IMG/VR virus record: IMGVR_UViG_3300025864_000001
Coordinates: 1 to 64,000 of that record
DNA length: 64,000 nt
Source of the DNA: a virus
Reading direction: 5' to 3' (one strand)
Under the pieces are notes generated by a model, which was not told the DNA's origin, searched no databases, and saw only the letters and a program-made list of their open reading frames with translations. Shown here in pieces: positions 36,553 through 46,752 of this stretch. The first letter of the stretch is position 1. The number at the start of each line of letters is the position of its first letter. The position numbers were made by a program, and so were the translations under genes.

Positions 36553-36635
36553 AAAAAAAGGAGGCACGTTATCATCTCGATATTGTAGCCTCCCTGTTTC
36601 TTTTGCAGTAATCAAAAGAAGTAGCTACAAATATA
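36553..36635 (-). ncRNA. Candidate small RNA or attenuator
   Basis: TATATTTG box, TTCTTTTG/CAAAAGAA hairpin, GGAGGC/GCCTCC stem plus T7. Confidence 0.45.
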
Positions 36636-36638
36636 CTG

Positions 36639-36782
36639 CTAATTTCCTTTTACCAGATACTTTTCGATTTCTTTTGCTAATTTCAATATTGGCTTTTTTG
36701 AGGTCGCTGATAATTGAATAGCCCTGTCAAGTGCAGTTGTCCTTCTTTGAAGTTTAATCTGTTTCTTTTCTTGTTTTGTCAT
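36639..36782 (-). CDS. 47-aa basic protein
   Basis: MTKQEKKQIKLQRRTTALDRAIQLSATSKKPILKLAKEIEKYLVKGN (manual translation). Confidence 0.5.
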   Translation of the reverse strand: MTKQEKKQIKLQRRTTALDRAIQLSATSKKPILKLAKEIEKYLVKGN

Positions 36783-36806
36783 AATGATAATTTTTAAAGG
36801 TTAATA

Positions 36807-38276
36807 TTAATTTGAGTTCAAAAGTTTATTGATTTCATCCACAGATGCCTGTTTAATGAAGGTTTCCTTATCGGCATATAACTTATCAATGCCTAACTTT
36901 GCGCTGAGTTCCATATATCTTGGAGTGGTAATCTGAGGTGTCACGCCCATCATCTTATTGAAAATTCCTTTGACTTCCGAAAAGTCCCTTGGTGTAGTTT
37001 CAGAGATTATCATGCCGTATTTATTGCCCGCAGGCTCTCCTTCCACTGCTTTTGCCTCTTCTTTTTTCACAGGAGCATGAAGAAAATCATCAATCTTCTT
37101 ATCCTCTTTTTCTTTATCAAACTCTTTGTTTGGCGCAATCTCACTTGCCTGAGTATTCACTGCTGATGCCTTCTCTTGCTTTTCTCTTTCCTCATTTGCC
37201 TTCAGATATGGTGCAACATGAGCATCTAATTTGCCTTCTTGGTGTGCAAATATCAGTTCACGTAATTTCTTGTTTGTGTTCTTTCCTCCAATCGTCTCGC
37301 ATCCTTCCATCATGTCCATATCTTCCATGACCGCTTTCAGAAGTATTGGGGTGTCCATGCCTTCCATCTCTTTTAAAGTCCACTGCCCTACAATAACCTC
37401 TTCTTTTACATCTGGCATGACCTCTTTATTCTCATCGGAGGAATAAGAGCCTTTCTGCGGAATAAATGGGGAATCTTCCTCTTTATTTGCCGTGACGCTT
37501 TTTGTATTCTCAGGTGTCTTTTCTTCCACAACCTCTGCATCCTGAATATTGTCCTTCTTCACCTCACCAAACTTATTGTCAGGGATCTTATTCGCTACTC
37601 GCGAAGTGGTTTTTTTGGAATGTTCTTTATCCTGATCAGTAAAAGTAATCTCTTTCCCATCCTCAGTCTTCAGAGTGATCTTTTCAGGTGAACCAGGGAT
37701 TAACCCGTCATAATCATTCAACTCCTCGACTGTTTTCATCCCTTTGAGAATGTCCTGATAGTAGTCAGAGGCATGGAATCCGATATCCCTCCATGCAATC
37801 ATACGTTTGCCGTATTTCTTATAGATGTCCTTCTGCATCAGTCCTGCAGTATTTGCATCGAATACTGAAAACTCAGTCCTGAACTCATTTGGAAGGTCTT
37901 TTCTCTTGCTAACAGTGATATGCTTATATCCTGGCTGTGGGTATTCCCCTTCGGTATATTCAGACCATGACTCGAGTATCCCACTTGCAAAGATCACTGC
38001 TTTCGCTGCCGTTCCCATAATGCCAATACGCCCCTTTACAGGATAGATGTCACTTAATGACTGCATCCATGACAGTCCGAGTTTGCGCCCGGCTTCGATG
38101 CACATTATTGCGCCCACAGCATCCCTTGATGCTTTGAAGTGCTCCGGGCAAAACCCTGAGTTGATAATCACCATCCCGACCTCTTTTACTTTTTCAAGGT
38201 CTTCGGCATGCTCAATAAGCCTTTCGATGAATGATTGCGGATTTTCTTGTCTTACTAATGATTTTTCTGTTTCCAT
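36807..38276 (-). CDS. RecT-like ssDNA annealing protein with long acidic C-terminus
   Basis: SGFCP.HF, G..LGLS.MQSL..IY.V.GR, FS..DA..AGL, Y.KRM..WR, L.GM...EEL. Confidence 0.75.
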   Translation of the reverse strand: METEKSLVRQENPQSFIERLIEHAEDLEKVKEVGMVIINSGFCPEHFKASRDAVGAIMCIEAGRKLGLSWMQSLSDIYPVKGRIGIMGTAAKAVIFASGILESWSEYTEGEYPQPGYKHITVSKRKDLPNEFRTEFSVFDANTAGLMQKDIYKKYGKRMIAWRDIGFHASDYYQDILKGMKTVEELNDYDGLIPGSPEKITLKTEDGKEITFTDQDKEHSKKTTSRVANKIPDNKFGEVKKDNIQDAEVVEEKTPENTKSVTANKEEDSPFIPQKGSYSSDENKEVMPDVKEEVIVGQWTLKEMEGMDTPILLKAVMEDMDMMEGCETIGGKNTNKKLRELIFAHQEGKLDAHVAPYLKANEEREKQEKASAVNTQASEIAPNKEFDKEKEDKKIDDFLHAPVKKEEAKAVEGEPAGNKYGMIISETTPRDFSEVKGIFNKMMGVTPQITTPRYMELSAKLGIDKLYADKETFIKQASVDEINKLLNSN

Positions 38277-38288
38277 GTCGTTTTTAAT

Positions 38289-38873
38289 TTATAGTTTGTA
38301 ATTATATTCTCCTTTTGTGTCAACCCATGATCTTTCTTGTGGCCGAATCCATTTTGCACCAATGAACTCGAAGAACTTTTCTTCGGTGTCGAATGCTGGT
38401 GGTAGTGTAGGGTTTGCTTTGTACTCCGGTTTGATTTTCCATGTGCTTTTCCGATCACACTCAGATTTTCTCCTTAAGCCATCAGAAGTCCCGGCCCAGC
38501 CAACCCGATTCCATTGCATAGCGAGTGCGGTGTGCGAATAAAAACTCGATCCGGTCCGAATGGCAAGTATTCTGCCATAATCTCGTTCCGTGGTCACGTA
38601 TAACTCTATCTGTATGCCCGATTCAGGATATTTGAAACGTTTTAAGCGACTGCCATTGACGACCATACCCTTGAAGCCTTCCGGGAAAATTGCGCCTAAT
38701 ACGAACTCGTCACGTGGCACACAAACAACTTCGATATCTCCTACATACTCCACTTCTCTACGCACTGATCCGGCAATAGAAATATAAAGGCATACCGTAT
38801 CAATGTAAGCCATGAATCGTTTCGCCACGTTCTGTGCTACTGCTAATGGTATCTTATTCTCTGTGGTGCTCAT
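38289..38873 (-). CDS. DNA polymerase X-family nucleotidyltransferase
   Basis: IAGSVRR...VGDIEVV, IELY, RTGS, EE..F..IG..WI.P.ER. Confidence 0.85.
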   Translation of the reverse strand: MSTTENKIPLAVAQNVAKRFMAYIDTVCLYISIAGSVRREVEYVGDIEVVCVPRDEFVLGAIFPEGFKGMVVNGSRLKRFKYPESGIQIELYVTTERDYGRILAIRTGSSFYSHTALAMQWNRVGWAGTSDGLRRKSECDRKSTWKIKPEYKANPTLPPAFDTEEKFFEFIGAKWIRPQERSWVDTKGEYNYKL

Positions 38874-38874
38874 T

Positions 38875-39117
38875 TTACCAGTTTGTAAATACTTTTTCAA
38901 AAGAATAATGGAAGAATACCATCATATAAAACACCTTCCATCCTATCCAACAAAGTATTTGATAGAAGAATAATCCAAGGACAGTAAAAATAGGCTTCCA
39001 TCCGAAACACCACCAATCAATCTCTGGGAACTGAGGTATAATTCTTTTTATTACCCACCATATCCCAATAATAGGGATGCACATCTTAATGATTTCAATT
39101 TTAACTGATTTTTCCAT
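38875..39117 (-). CDS. Small membrane protein
   Basis: Two hydrophobic segments. Confidence 0.5.
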   Translation of the reverse strand: MEKSVKIEIIKMCIPIIGIWWVIKRIIPQFPEIDWWCFGWKPIFTVLGLFFYQILCWIGWKVFYMMVFFHYSFEKVFTNW

Positions 39118-39509
39118 TATTTCTGTGAATTAATTGGTTTGATGTAGCAGGAATTATACTGCCATGTGCGGTTATCCTTGCCAAAATTACCCATCTCTCT
39201 TAAATCCCATGGACATTTGATCAAGCGTCCTGCCTTTGTAAGATTGGTGATGCTCCGTCTTACAGAATTAAGCAGTATCTTCTCCCCTTCGGACGTAAGT
39301 ATCTCATGTACCTTTGGTGGTGTGAACCGATATGCAAATCTCTTTTGGAAGAAATTCAAAACAATACCATTCTGCTTTGCTGCGTTCTCCCGCGCCTGGG
39401 GAAGTTGTTCTTCTGGCAATGGCACGGTGTCGTGGAATACAAGTTCCTGTTCTTTTGCAGGCGGTAATACCTCTGCTTTTCTTGGTGTGCGCTGATCAAA
39501 TAGTCCCAT
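39117..39509 (-). CDS. Winged-helix protein
   Basis: FTP..V......LLNSVRRSITNLT..G.L.K. Confidence 0.65.
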   Translation of the reverse strand: MGLFDQRTPRKAEVLPPAKEQELVFHDTVPLPEEQLPQARENAAKQNGIVLNFFQKRFAYRFTPPKVHEILTSEGEKILLNSVRRSITNLTKAGRLIKCPWDLREMGNFGKDNRTWQYNSCYIKPINSQK

Positions 39510-39533
39510 GTCTTTATGATTTTTAGGTGAATA

Positions 39534-39845
39534 TTAACCTCGCAAAACTGTTAAGCCCTCCAATCGTGGCCACCATTTAGCCTTGCCATCCTTAATAGTC
39601 TTGTTACCTTTCAGACAGAAATTTACGGTCAACCAATCACCGTCTTTCGACTGAAGTAACTGATTCATATTATTTTCTGCAAATTCAAACACCACTTCAT
39701 TTGAGTAGGTGCCTGAGAATACCTCCAGAACCAATATCCTGGATGCCTTGGTCTGTCCATTACGATTTGTGTATTGCTCCGGCTGCCCTACATGTAAGGC
39801 TTTGCCGCTTATTTCAAAGTTATTAACCTGCGAATTGTTTCCCAT
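39534..39845 (-). CDS. Single-stranded DNA-binding protein (DUF3127-like OB fold)
   Basis: ISGK, Y...V.FEF, GD..TV.F.LKG, W...LEG. Confidence 0.75.
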   Translation of the reverse strand: MGNNSQVNNFEISGKALHVGQPEQYTNRNGQTKASRILVLEVFSGTYSNEVVFEFAENNMNQLLQSKDGDWLTVNFCLKGNKTIKDGKAKWWPRLEGLTVLRG

Positions 39846-39849
39846 GATT

Positions 39850-40134
39850 TTAGTGTCTATATAGTTTTAAAACTTCATCCGTGCAGGGTACACATCTTCT
39901 GATATGTTCCTTATTAGTTACCTTATCTCCATGTTGCCTTATCCAGTCCTCGTCATGTTCATCCCAATGGCAGTAGATAGCCCAATCATCAATGTCACCC
40001 TTTTTAGCGACCCATCTTAATGTTCCTCCGCCACGAGTCATAAATAGTCCTTTTGGTGAATTTGGTAATACCCCTGTGGCAAATATCTCACCTCTTGGTA
40101 ATGCCTTAAATTGTTCTTCTGTTAGTTGTTTCAT
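39850..40134 (-). CDS. Conserved phage hypothetical protein
   Basis: WVA..G...DWAIY, GDK, YR motifs. Confidence 0.7.
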   Translation of the reverse strand: MKQLTEEQFKALPRGEIFATGVLPNSPKGLFMTRGGGTLRWVAKKGDIDDWAIYCHWDEHDEDWIRQHGDKVTNKEHIRRCVPCTDEVLKLYRH

Positions 40135-40137
40135 TGA

Positions 40138-41055
40138 TTAATCTTTTAGATTATTAACAAAATCTTTTAACTCAGTTATATATTTGATTCGCTCGTTACC
40201 TTCCTGCTCAATAAGTTCTTTATGCAAGGTTTCATTAAAAATATCTTTTATGGCATCCTCACATAGTTTCATAAGTTGTTCGGGTTTTACAGCATCGAGT
40301 TCTACTTGGCCTAATCCGCTCCATTCCTTATCTCTTGAATCTCCAATATACCCGGTAGTCCCATTTTTTCTCTTTCCTATTTTATATTCTTTTGTTGGTG
40401 CAGGCGGTAAGTTCCATTCGACTACCTGCTCTTCCATTAATGCAATTCTCCTTACTTCAACATCTACCCCAAACCTTAAAAGATTAGCCTGAATACTTCG
40501 GGGGATGTCCTCACCAGAGGGATCGTAATCGCCAAAATAAAGGATTATAGGATTTTTATCTTGATAAACAGCATTATCAAATCTCTTATAAGTATCATGT
40601 AAGAAAGTCAGAGAAGGATATCCCTTACAAGCTCCGAGGGCTATTGACCATTTACTGCACATCTTTTGAAAAACTCCTTGTAATGCTTTCTTTTCAATAA
40701 ATATCTCAGGGTAATAAGGCTGATTCTCCCATCTGTTTTTATGGTAACTTGTCATCCATGCCTCAACCTGGTCGCATGCGTTCTCGATCTCTGATTCAAC
40801 CACCGTTTCCCTATATTCAGTATCTCCAACCATTTCACGGTCAAGGTCAGAGAATTGATCGAACGTAATCTTATCATCCCACCTGGCATCAATCATTGCA
40901 CCCACAACCCTTTTATAATGTTGTATGTCATTTGTCATGCCTCTGCCTACGAGTTGATAATGCAATCCGCGAAGTGTTAAAATTCCCTTTTCATACTGAT
41001 TGCAAATCTCAATAGAGTTTGTAATGATCCAATCTTTTGTAAAAATATCTTTCAT
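40138..41055 (-). CDS. Topoisomerase VI-A/Spo11-like TOPRIM protein
   Basis: TLRGLHYQLV, EKKAL, GYPS, YFGDYDPSG.DI, VELDA. Confidence 0.8.
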   Translation of the reverse strand: MKDIFTKDWIITNSIEICNQYEKGILTLRGLHYQLVGRGMTNDIQHYKRVVGAMIDARWDDKITFDQFSDLDREMVGDTEYRETVVESEIENACDQVEAWMTSYHKNRWENQPYYPEIFIEKKALQGVFQKMCSKWSIALGACKGYPSLTFLHDTYKRFDNAVYQDKNPIILYFGDYDPSGEDIPRSIQANLLRFGVDVEVRRIALMEEQVVEWNLPPAPTKEYKIGKRKNGTTGYIGDSRDKEWSGLGQVELDAVKPEQLMKLCEDAIKDIFNETLHKELIEQEGNERIKYITELKDFVNNLKD

Positions 41056-41468
41056 AGTGTCTGAATTAATATGTATGTCCGTGGTGACTCTGAATAAAGT
41101 TTCTCTGAGAATAGTCTGCATATCTGAGAATCATCTTTGTAGAATATGTGATTCATAGAATCTGTTGCAAATTTTACACAGTTATCCAAGTCTTTCTTAC
41201 AGGTATGGAACTCCGGTGCGGAATCCTTTAGCATGGAACTCTTTGCACCCGTGCCGTAATGACTATGAGGTCTGCCGAAATAGAATATGATGGTTATTCC
41301 TATAGGTCCCGTCAGTGGCTCCTTTGGTGCCTTCTCTTGAATCACTGAAAGAAAGTCATTCTTCTTATCCATTGAGGGATCGTAATTGCCACGAAAGTTA
41401 CCCTTATTCACTGTGCGGTGTCTCATCTGAGCATTTGGCTCTCCAAGCATTGTCAGTTCTATTTCCAT
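41052..41468 (-). CDS. rusA: RusA-family Holliday junction resolvase
   Basis: K.DLDN..K...D......YKDDSQI...K.Y. Confidence 0.9.
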   Translation of the reverse strand: MEIELTMLGEPNAQMRHRTVNKGNFRGNYDPSMDKKNDFLSVIQEKAPKEPLTGPIGITIIFYFGRPHSHYGTGAKSSMLKDSAPEFHTCKKDLDNCVKFATDSMNHIFYKDDSQICRLFSEKLYSESPRTYILIQTL

Positions 41469-41707
41469 TATTTTTTTATTTCAGTTCCTAAAATTCTGAT
41501 TTGTGATGGATCGAACATTTCCAATTGTCCGGTCTTGTAGTGCTGGCAGATAGCTACACTATAATTCGCTACTGCTACCGTCCCATCGCCTCTGTCAATT
41601 ATCTCATGTCGTAATCCGAAGTGAAGTAAAAAGTATTTCTCTTTTACCATAATAGGATCTTCTTCGGTGTCCTCTTTTTGCCAACTTACTTCACAGAGTT
41701 CTCTCAT
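41468..41707 (-). CDS. Hypothetical protein
   Basis: ORF track. Confidence 0.6.
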   Translation of the reverse strand: MRELCEVSWQKEDTEEDPIMVKEKYFLLHFGLRHEIIDRGDGTVAVANYSVAICQHYKTGQLEMFDPSQIRILGTEIKK

Positions 41708-41958
41708 TTGATTATAATTTCATAGGTGAGTGACGTGTCCTCCGCAAGTTTCTTCAACTGCTGATACAAGGCATTACTGATAACCTTATCTTTTAACATC
41801 GTATGAAGAAACTCAGTACCAGGGAGTGGCTTAGTTGCTGATGTGTCCTTGATCTCATTCAGCGTCCTTGCACGCTTAATAAACAAGTCAATGAGTATCT
41901 TCCACTCATGCTTCATACTTGCCATTAACTTATTCTTACTGATGTTTATCGTCTCCAT
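41704..41958 (-). CDS. Hypothetical protein
   Basis: ORF track. Confidence 0.55.
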   Translation of the reverse strand: METINISKNKLMASMKHEWKILIDLFIKRARTLNEIKDTSATKPLPGTEFLHTMLKDKVISNALYQQLKKLAEDTSLTYEIIIK

Positions 41959-42099
41959 TTTCTGCGTATTTCCCGCATCTTTTTATCAATTTCCTCTGCC
42001 AGTATTGGATTAATTGCATTAAATTCCAACATCCTGGCATGCTCTTGTCTTAAATCAGGATTCATTTTCATCATATAATCCCAATCGTCTGAAGTAAAC

Positions 42100-42450
42100 T
42101 CAATCCTTTCCATTGTCTGCGTATTTCCAAATATGTCCTTCTTTTGTGTGCTTGTACCTTCCTGATAAAACATTCAGGATAGTAAGCTCTCCTCCTCTGT
42201 ACTTATGTTCATAGCCAACCGCTTTCCCCGCCTCTCTGATACTGTCATACTCACCTAACTTCTTCCCCTGTAATGAATATTGAACTATCTTTGTTTTATG
42301 GTGTGCCTGTGCCTCCTTAATGGTCTGTTCCCTGCATGCTGCCCATAATTGATTCATAAACTGTTTTGTCTGCTCGGCATCAACCGGATCAATAATCTCA
42401 AAGAGTTTCATATCCCTGACAATCCTGTTTATGATCAAGTCTTTCTCCAT
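42100..42450 (-). CDS. NUMOD1-domain protein
   Basis: IVQYSLQG..LGEYDSIREA...G.IWKY. Confidence 0.75.
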   Translation of the reverse strand: MEKDLIINRIVRDMKLFEIIDPVDAEQTKQFMNQLWAACREQTIKEAQAHHKTKIVQYSLQGKKLGEYDSIREAGKAVGYEHKYRGGELTILNVLSGRYKHTKEGHIWKYADNGKD

Positions 42451-42771
42451 CCTATCCTTAATCAAATAAGATATTAGCACAAACCCATCCCATTAAGAAT
42501 GAAAACAACCACCAGTATCCAATAAATTCTGGACAATATAAAGATACAAGAACTGCTCCCCCTATGAGCAATATTAAAAATACGAGTATCACGCTTGTCA
42601 CAAAAAGTATTTTTTTGATTATACTTAAAACTCTTGTTTTTAATGGAATTTTTTCAATTCTATCCATTGAATAGCATGGCTCTATCAAAAAAGAGGATTG
42701 CGGATGGCTTACCCCGATTCTCTCGTAACGCAACTTATGTTCTTTGTACGTATCTTCCATTTTTCTTTGAT

Positions 42772-42999
42772 TTAGTTTATCTGTTTCGCAAACCAATATC
42801 TTACTTTAATCCAGAATAATCTTAATGCTGTAATAATCCAATATTTTGATACAGGGAAAAGATAAACAGTAATTTCGGCATATAGTACTCTATCTTTTCG
42901 ATCAACAACAAAGACTCTTTCTCCATTGGGGAATAAAACAATATCATTCTTCTCGATACTGTCGTCGGTTTTCTTTATTTCAAAACTTATTTTTCCCAT
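42772..42999 (-). CDS. Hypothetical protein
   Basis: ORF track. Confidence 0.5.
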   Translation of the reverse strand: MGKISFEIKKTDDSIEKNDIVLFPNGERVFVVDRKDRVLYAEITVYLFPVSKYWIITALRLFWIKVRYWFAKQIN

Positions 43000-43000
43000 G

Positions 43001-44104
43001 TTAGTAACATTCTAAGTTCAGTTTCTTAAACTCTGCCAGTAGTTGATCATCGCTTGGTTTCTCTTTGATGCGGTTATTAAATGTACGTGACTTTGCACCT
43101 TTGCGCTCTGACCATGTTGCACTTCCTAATCTTCCAAAATCAATCATTTCTGCTCCGGCAACGGTAAGTTCTTTTATCAAGGTGTTTTTCAATCCGCTTC
43201 TTTTTTCTTCTATCAATCCTGATATGCCATTGAGAACTTTATCCTGCTTACAGATGTCATAAAGACGCATATTACCCTCAATGGTGTCTCTTTCTTTAAG
43301 AAACTTTTCGCTCTGAAACTCTCGATATGCTTCCGTGGTGTCTGGCTCAGGTTCATGCTTTTGTATTTCAGCATCCCACTTCTCTACTTCAGAAATATTT
43401 CCTACCTTTTCTGCTTCGAGTTTTTTTATCTGTGCCTGTTTTCCGGGAATGACAAGTTTTTCCCAAAATGACTGAGTTATGTTTAAGATTTTTTCACATA
43501 GACCTTCATCACGGGTATATTTTTCAACAATAAATTCTGACCCGTCCTTTAGAATAGCTATTTCAGCATAATCACATTCGAGAATAATCATGTAAACATG
43601 TATCTGGATCAGATATGACAGGGGAATACCTCCCTCCCACATTTGCGAACTCCAATAGCTTAATGTCTTAATTTCAAGTACCGCCTCCGTCTTTAGAGGT
43701 TCCCCTGTGAGTAGGTTTATACCGCCCTTAATGTTCTGCACCCTGTCGAAAGAACCAAATAACCACGGATATTTTGGATTGACCACAAAACCATTTACGG
43801 CACGACAATCCCTGATGATCTTTTTATTCTTGTAGTTCTCAATCCACCCATCAGTAGTCCCATCATAATACTTCCAGAGTTCAGCAATATTGTCCTCCAT
43901 GTATCTTCCGAAGAACATCTTCGCATTATCAAAATGCCGTGGTTCAGTTGCGCCTATTTTTTCATAATAAGTTCGAGTTACGGTATCATAACGATTCAGC
44001 CCCAATACGGTTGCTGTCTCGCTTCCCCCAATACCTGATTCACGGTACTTAAACCATTCGGGGCTATGAGGAGGGATTCGTGTTATTTGTAAATCTGATC
44101 TCAT
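43001..44104 (-). CDS. YqaJ-like recombination exonuclease
   Basis: EW..YR..GIGGSE, GRYME, SFD, LEIKT, Y.IQ...YM. Confidence 0.9.
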   Translation of the reverse strand: MRSDLQITRIPPHSPEWFKYRESGIGGSETATVLGLNRYDTVTRTYYEKIGATEPRHFDNAKMFFGRYMEDNIAELWKYYDGTTDGWIENYKNKKIIRDCRAVNGFVVNPKYPWLFGSFDRVQNIKGGINLLTGEPLKTEAVLEIKTLSYWSSQMWEGGIPLSYLIQIHVYMIILECDYAEIAILKDGSEFIVEKYTRDEGLCEKILNITQSFWEKLVIPGKQAQIKKLEAEKVGNISEVEKWDAEIQKHEPEPDTTEAYREFQSEKFLKERDTIEGNMRLYDICKQDKVLNGISGLIEEKRSGLKNTLIKELTVAGAEMIDFGRLGSATWSERKGAKSRTFNNRIKEKPSDDQLLAEFKKLNLECY

Positions 44105-44105
44105 A

Positions 44106-44552
44106 TTATTTCATATTAAGTGCTGCCGGCGGTTTCATCCCTTCCAACCCAAGCGGTTTCAATTCATTGAATATTTCTAAAAATATCTCATTAAGCCAAT
44201 CTGCCTGACATGACATCAACTCCACTTCTTGCCTGCCTTCATTACTGATGTCTTTGTACCATTTGTCGTACACCTTTGACATCTTATCAACAAGTTGCTC
44301 ATGCTGTGTGCATAGCTTCAGTCCCTCATCGTAGAAAGTCTGGTAGTACACCTGCCATGCCTTGTAAGAGTCGTACCGTGCCTGTCCAGACTTCTTCTTG
44401 TCCTCACTATCCCATGCGTAGTTTGGGTCGTGCATTATCACTCTTGCCTCCTCTGTCTTGGCAATATGGGTGTCGAGAATCTTTTCTTTGAAGCCTTGTA
44501 GCTTGTTGGCAAAGGCATAATTATTGGCGTTGCTCATAATTAAAATCCCCAT
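44106..44552 (-). CDS. Hypothetical protein
   Basis: ORF track. Confidence 0.6.
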   Translation of the reverse strand: MGILIMSNANNYAFANKLQGFKEKILDTHIAKTEEARVIMHDPNYAWDSEDKKKSGQARYDSYKAWQVYYQTFYDEGLKLCTQHEQLVDKMSKVYDKWYKDISNEGRQEVELMSCQADWLNEIFLEIFNELKPLGLEGMKPPAALNMK

Positions 44553-44770
44553 CTTTTAAGGTTACGATCTTTTTCATCCTGTGTTAATTCTCTTCCGAAA
44601 AGCAATGCGAGATTTATTTCCTCCTGCATTGCATATTCCTGTCTTGCCAATTTAAAAAATTCAAGCGTCATCTCTTTGGCCTTTTCACGGATACGTGTGT
44701 TATAACTTGCTTCAGGAAAATGTTCATCAAGCAAATCGTCGATAAGCGGTTTCTGTTTTTCGTTGCTCAT
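44540..44770 (-). CDS. Hypothetical protein
   Basis: ORF track. Confidence 0.55.
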   Translation of the reverse strand: MSNEKQKPLIDDLLDEHFPEASYNTRIREKAKEMTLEFFKLARQEYAMQEEINLALLFGRELTQDEKDRNLKRWGF

Positions 44771-44781
44771 ATACTCCTTCT

Positions 44782-45141
44782 TTAAAATGTTATGTCAATT
44801 ATGGCAGGACTGACCCATTGCTTAAATAGTTCTTCTTGTTTTTCCGCTTCCCCTACTTCTAAAGGACAAGCATCTGAACTTCTTTGCCAAAATTCATAAA
44901 GAAGCTTACGGGGGTCTGAATCAAACGCTGATAGTCCTTCTGTCGTTACCTTGTGATGCTCAAGTTTGGAATAATTATCAACAAATCTTTGGAGCAAATC
45001 AAACCACGTTTGCGCTATATTGCCGTTGTCGTTTTCCAGAAGATAATTTAAGGCATCAATAACGGTTTCCTGTTCAGCCAATGATAATGGCATTACCTTC
45101 ATCCTTCGATCACTTGCATCATTAAATTTAATTTTATTCAT
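44782..45141 (-). CDS. Hypothetical protein
   Basis: ORF track. Confidence 0.55.
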   Translation of the reverse strand: MNKIKFNDASDRRMKVMPLSLAEQETVIDALNYLLENDNGNIAQTWFDLLQRFVDNYSKLEHHKVTTEGLSAFDSDPRKLLYEFWQRSSDACPLEVGEAEKQEELFKQWVSPAIIDITF

Positions 45142-45404
45142 ATCTTTTCTTTTATGTAAAACAATCGGTGTTCATTGGTGATGAAAAAATCCTCGCCATC
45201 TATCGTGATGACATTGGCACTCCTGCGAGGGAAGTGTATTCTCTCCCCTACCTTCACGGTGTCACACTCACTGCCACAATCCTGCACTACACCCCATTCC
45301 GGTAACATCTCTACGGAGTTCTCTGGTATGATGAGCGTTCCTGTTTTTGTCCTCTCAGGTAGTTTGTCTGGCTTTATTAATACTGCGCTTCCGAGTACAA
45401 TCAT
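45138..45404 (-). CDS. groES: Co-chaperonin GroES
   Basis: LG..VLIKP....ERTKTG.LIIP.......GVV...G......VKVGE......DGE.F. Confidence 0.85.
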   Translation of the reverse strand: MIVLGSAVLIKPDKLPERTKTGTLIIPENSVEMLPEWGVVQDCGSECDTVKVGERIHFPRRSANVITIDGEDFFITNEHRLFYIKEKI

Positions 45405-45797
45405 GGTTTAGAATTTATATAAAGTAAATAAAATATGCGACCCAAAAGAGCACTGACTATAATTGCACCCAATACATAAGAATAAACTGATGCTATCATA
45501 TTAGAAATAGGCGGATTATAATTACTTTGAACAACACAGAATATCATAGGTGATATTAGTGTTAAGCACAAAACAATATACATGAAAATCTTCATTACTT
45601 CTTATTTATCAAATAATTATATGCCTTAATAATATGGTCAGGAATTTCTTTTTTTAAATCCATTGCTTCCTGAATAGTAAGAATAAGACAATCAAGATTA
45701 ATAATAATATCTTCACCCTTTGGCAAATATTTTGATTTTTCTACATCAGAAAGTTTCTGCCATTCTTCAAATGACATTGGCTGAACAACGCTGTTTT

Positions 45798-46382
45798 TCA
45801 TTTTTTGCCTCCTTTCTTTTCTTCTTTTGGTGCAAAGGTTTTATCAATGAACTCTTCATTAGCACCCATTTGACTCCAAATTTCCGTTTTTTCGGAATCA
45901 ACGATCTCCCTGATAAGGCAAAGCCTCAATGAACCATCAATGTAGGTGTAGAAATAGAATCTGCCCTGATATGGAATCCTATACGTGTACTTCTCATCCA
46001 GAATCATGTCTTTTAAGCCTCTTTTAGCCTCAGCTGCGAGATTCTTGGCACGGTTAATAGTGAAGTCGTATGCCTCCTGTGAGTTCTTTAAAGTGGCCTT
46101 TGCGTTCGCCAGAGCAAGTTCTGCTGCTGATAGTTCCTTCTCATACACCGGCACAAGGTTTTCAAGGACATCCTGGTAGTCATCCCTGCATGTTTTCTTT
46201 TCAAAGGCATCCATATGGCGTGACACCGTCACTCCACGATTCAATGCTGTGAGATTTGAGCCAATAAATTTACCGGCTTCTTCAGGTGTTGCAAATTCAC
46301 CAAGGCTTTCTGGGATGTTTGTTCCGTCTTTACTGACGTTAAATTCGATGTTGTCTGGTCTGTAATCTTCGTTGTTTGTCAT
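45798..46382 (-). CDS. Coiled-coil hypothetical protein
   Basis: ORF track. Confidence 0.65.
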   Translation of the reverse strand: MTNNEDYRPDNIEFNVSKDGTNIPESLGEFATPEEAGKFIGSNLTALNRGVTVSRHMDAFEKKTCRDDYQDVLENLVPVYEKELSAAELALANAKATLKNSQEAYDFTINRAKNLAAEAKRGLKDMILDEKYTYRIPYQGRFYFYTYIDGSLRLCLIREIVDSEKTEIWSQMGANEEFIDKTFAPKEEKKGGKK

Positions 46383-46405
46383 GTCAAATAGTTTTATAGT
46401 TTATA

Positions 46406-46741
46406 TTAAAATGAGGTTACGCAAAATAAATCATAATGAGGAAGCATCTCTGTTTCTATGTCATACCGATCAGTCTTATTATTGTACCGGATAACCTTTC
46501 CGTTCTTAACCTTAAAAAGATGATGTACGTTTTTTGTTTTAAGTTTCAAACTACGTCCTTTGTTTAAATCATCCTGCGTTGCGTCAATATATCCTTTACG
46601 CCTGCCCCAAGGTAACTGTTTCTCGATACTCCGCTTATAATGATAAGCACATAGTCCGTCTTTATATTCAGGCTTCTGGCATTGCTCTGTTCCTACAACT
46701 CCCCAATTAGCCATTGATATTTTATTCTGTTTTGTACACAT
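46406..46741 (-). CDS. Zn-finger hypothetical protein
   Basis: C...C........C..H. Confidence 0.5.
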   Translation of the reverse strand: MCTKQNKISMANWGVVGTEQCQKPEYKDGLCAYHYKRSIEKQLPWGRRKGYIDATQDDLNKGRSLKLKTKNVHHLFKVKNGKVIRYNNKTDRYDIETEMLPHYDLFCVTSF

Positions 46742-46752
46742 ATTATTATATT

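Noticed and set aside
42100-42450. Homing endonuclease or intron
   Set aside because: NUMOD1 domain only, with no HNH/GIY-YIG domain and no interrupted gene.
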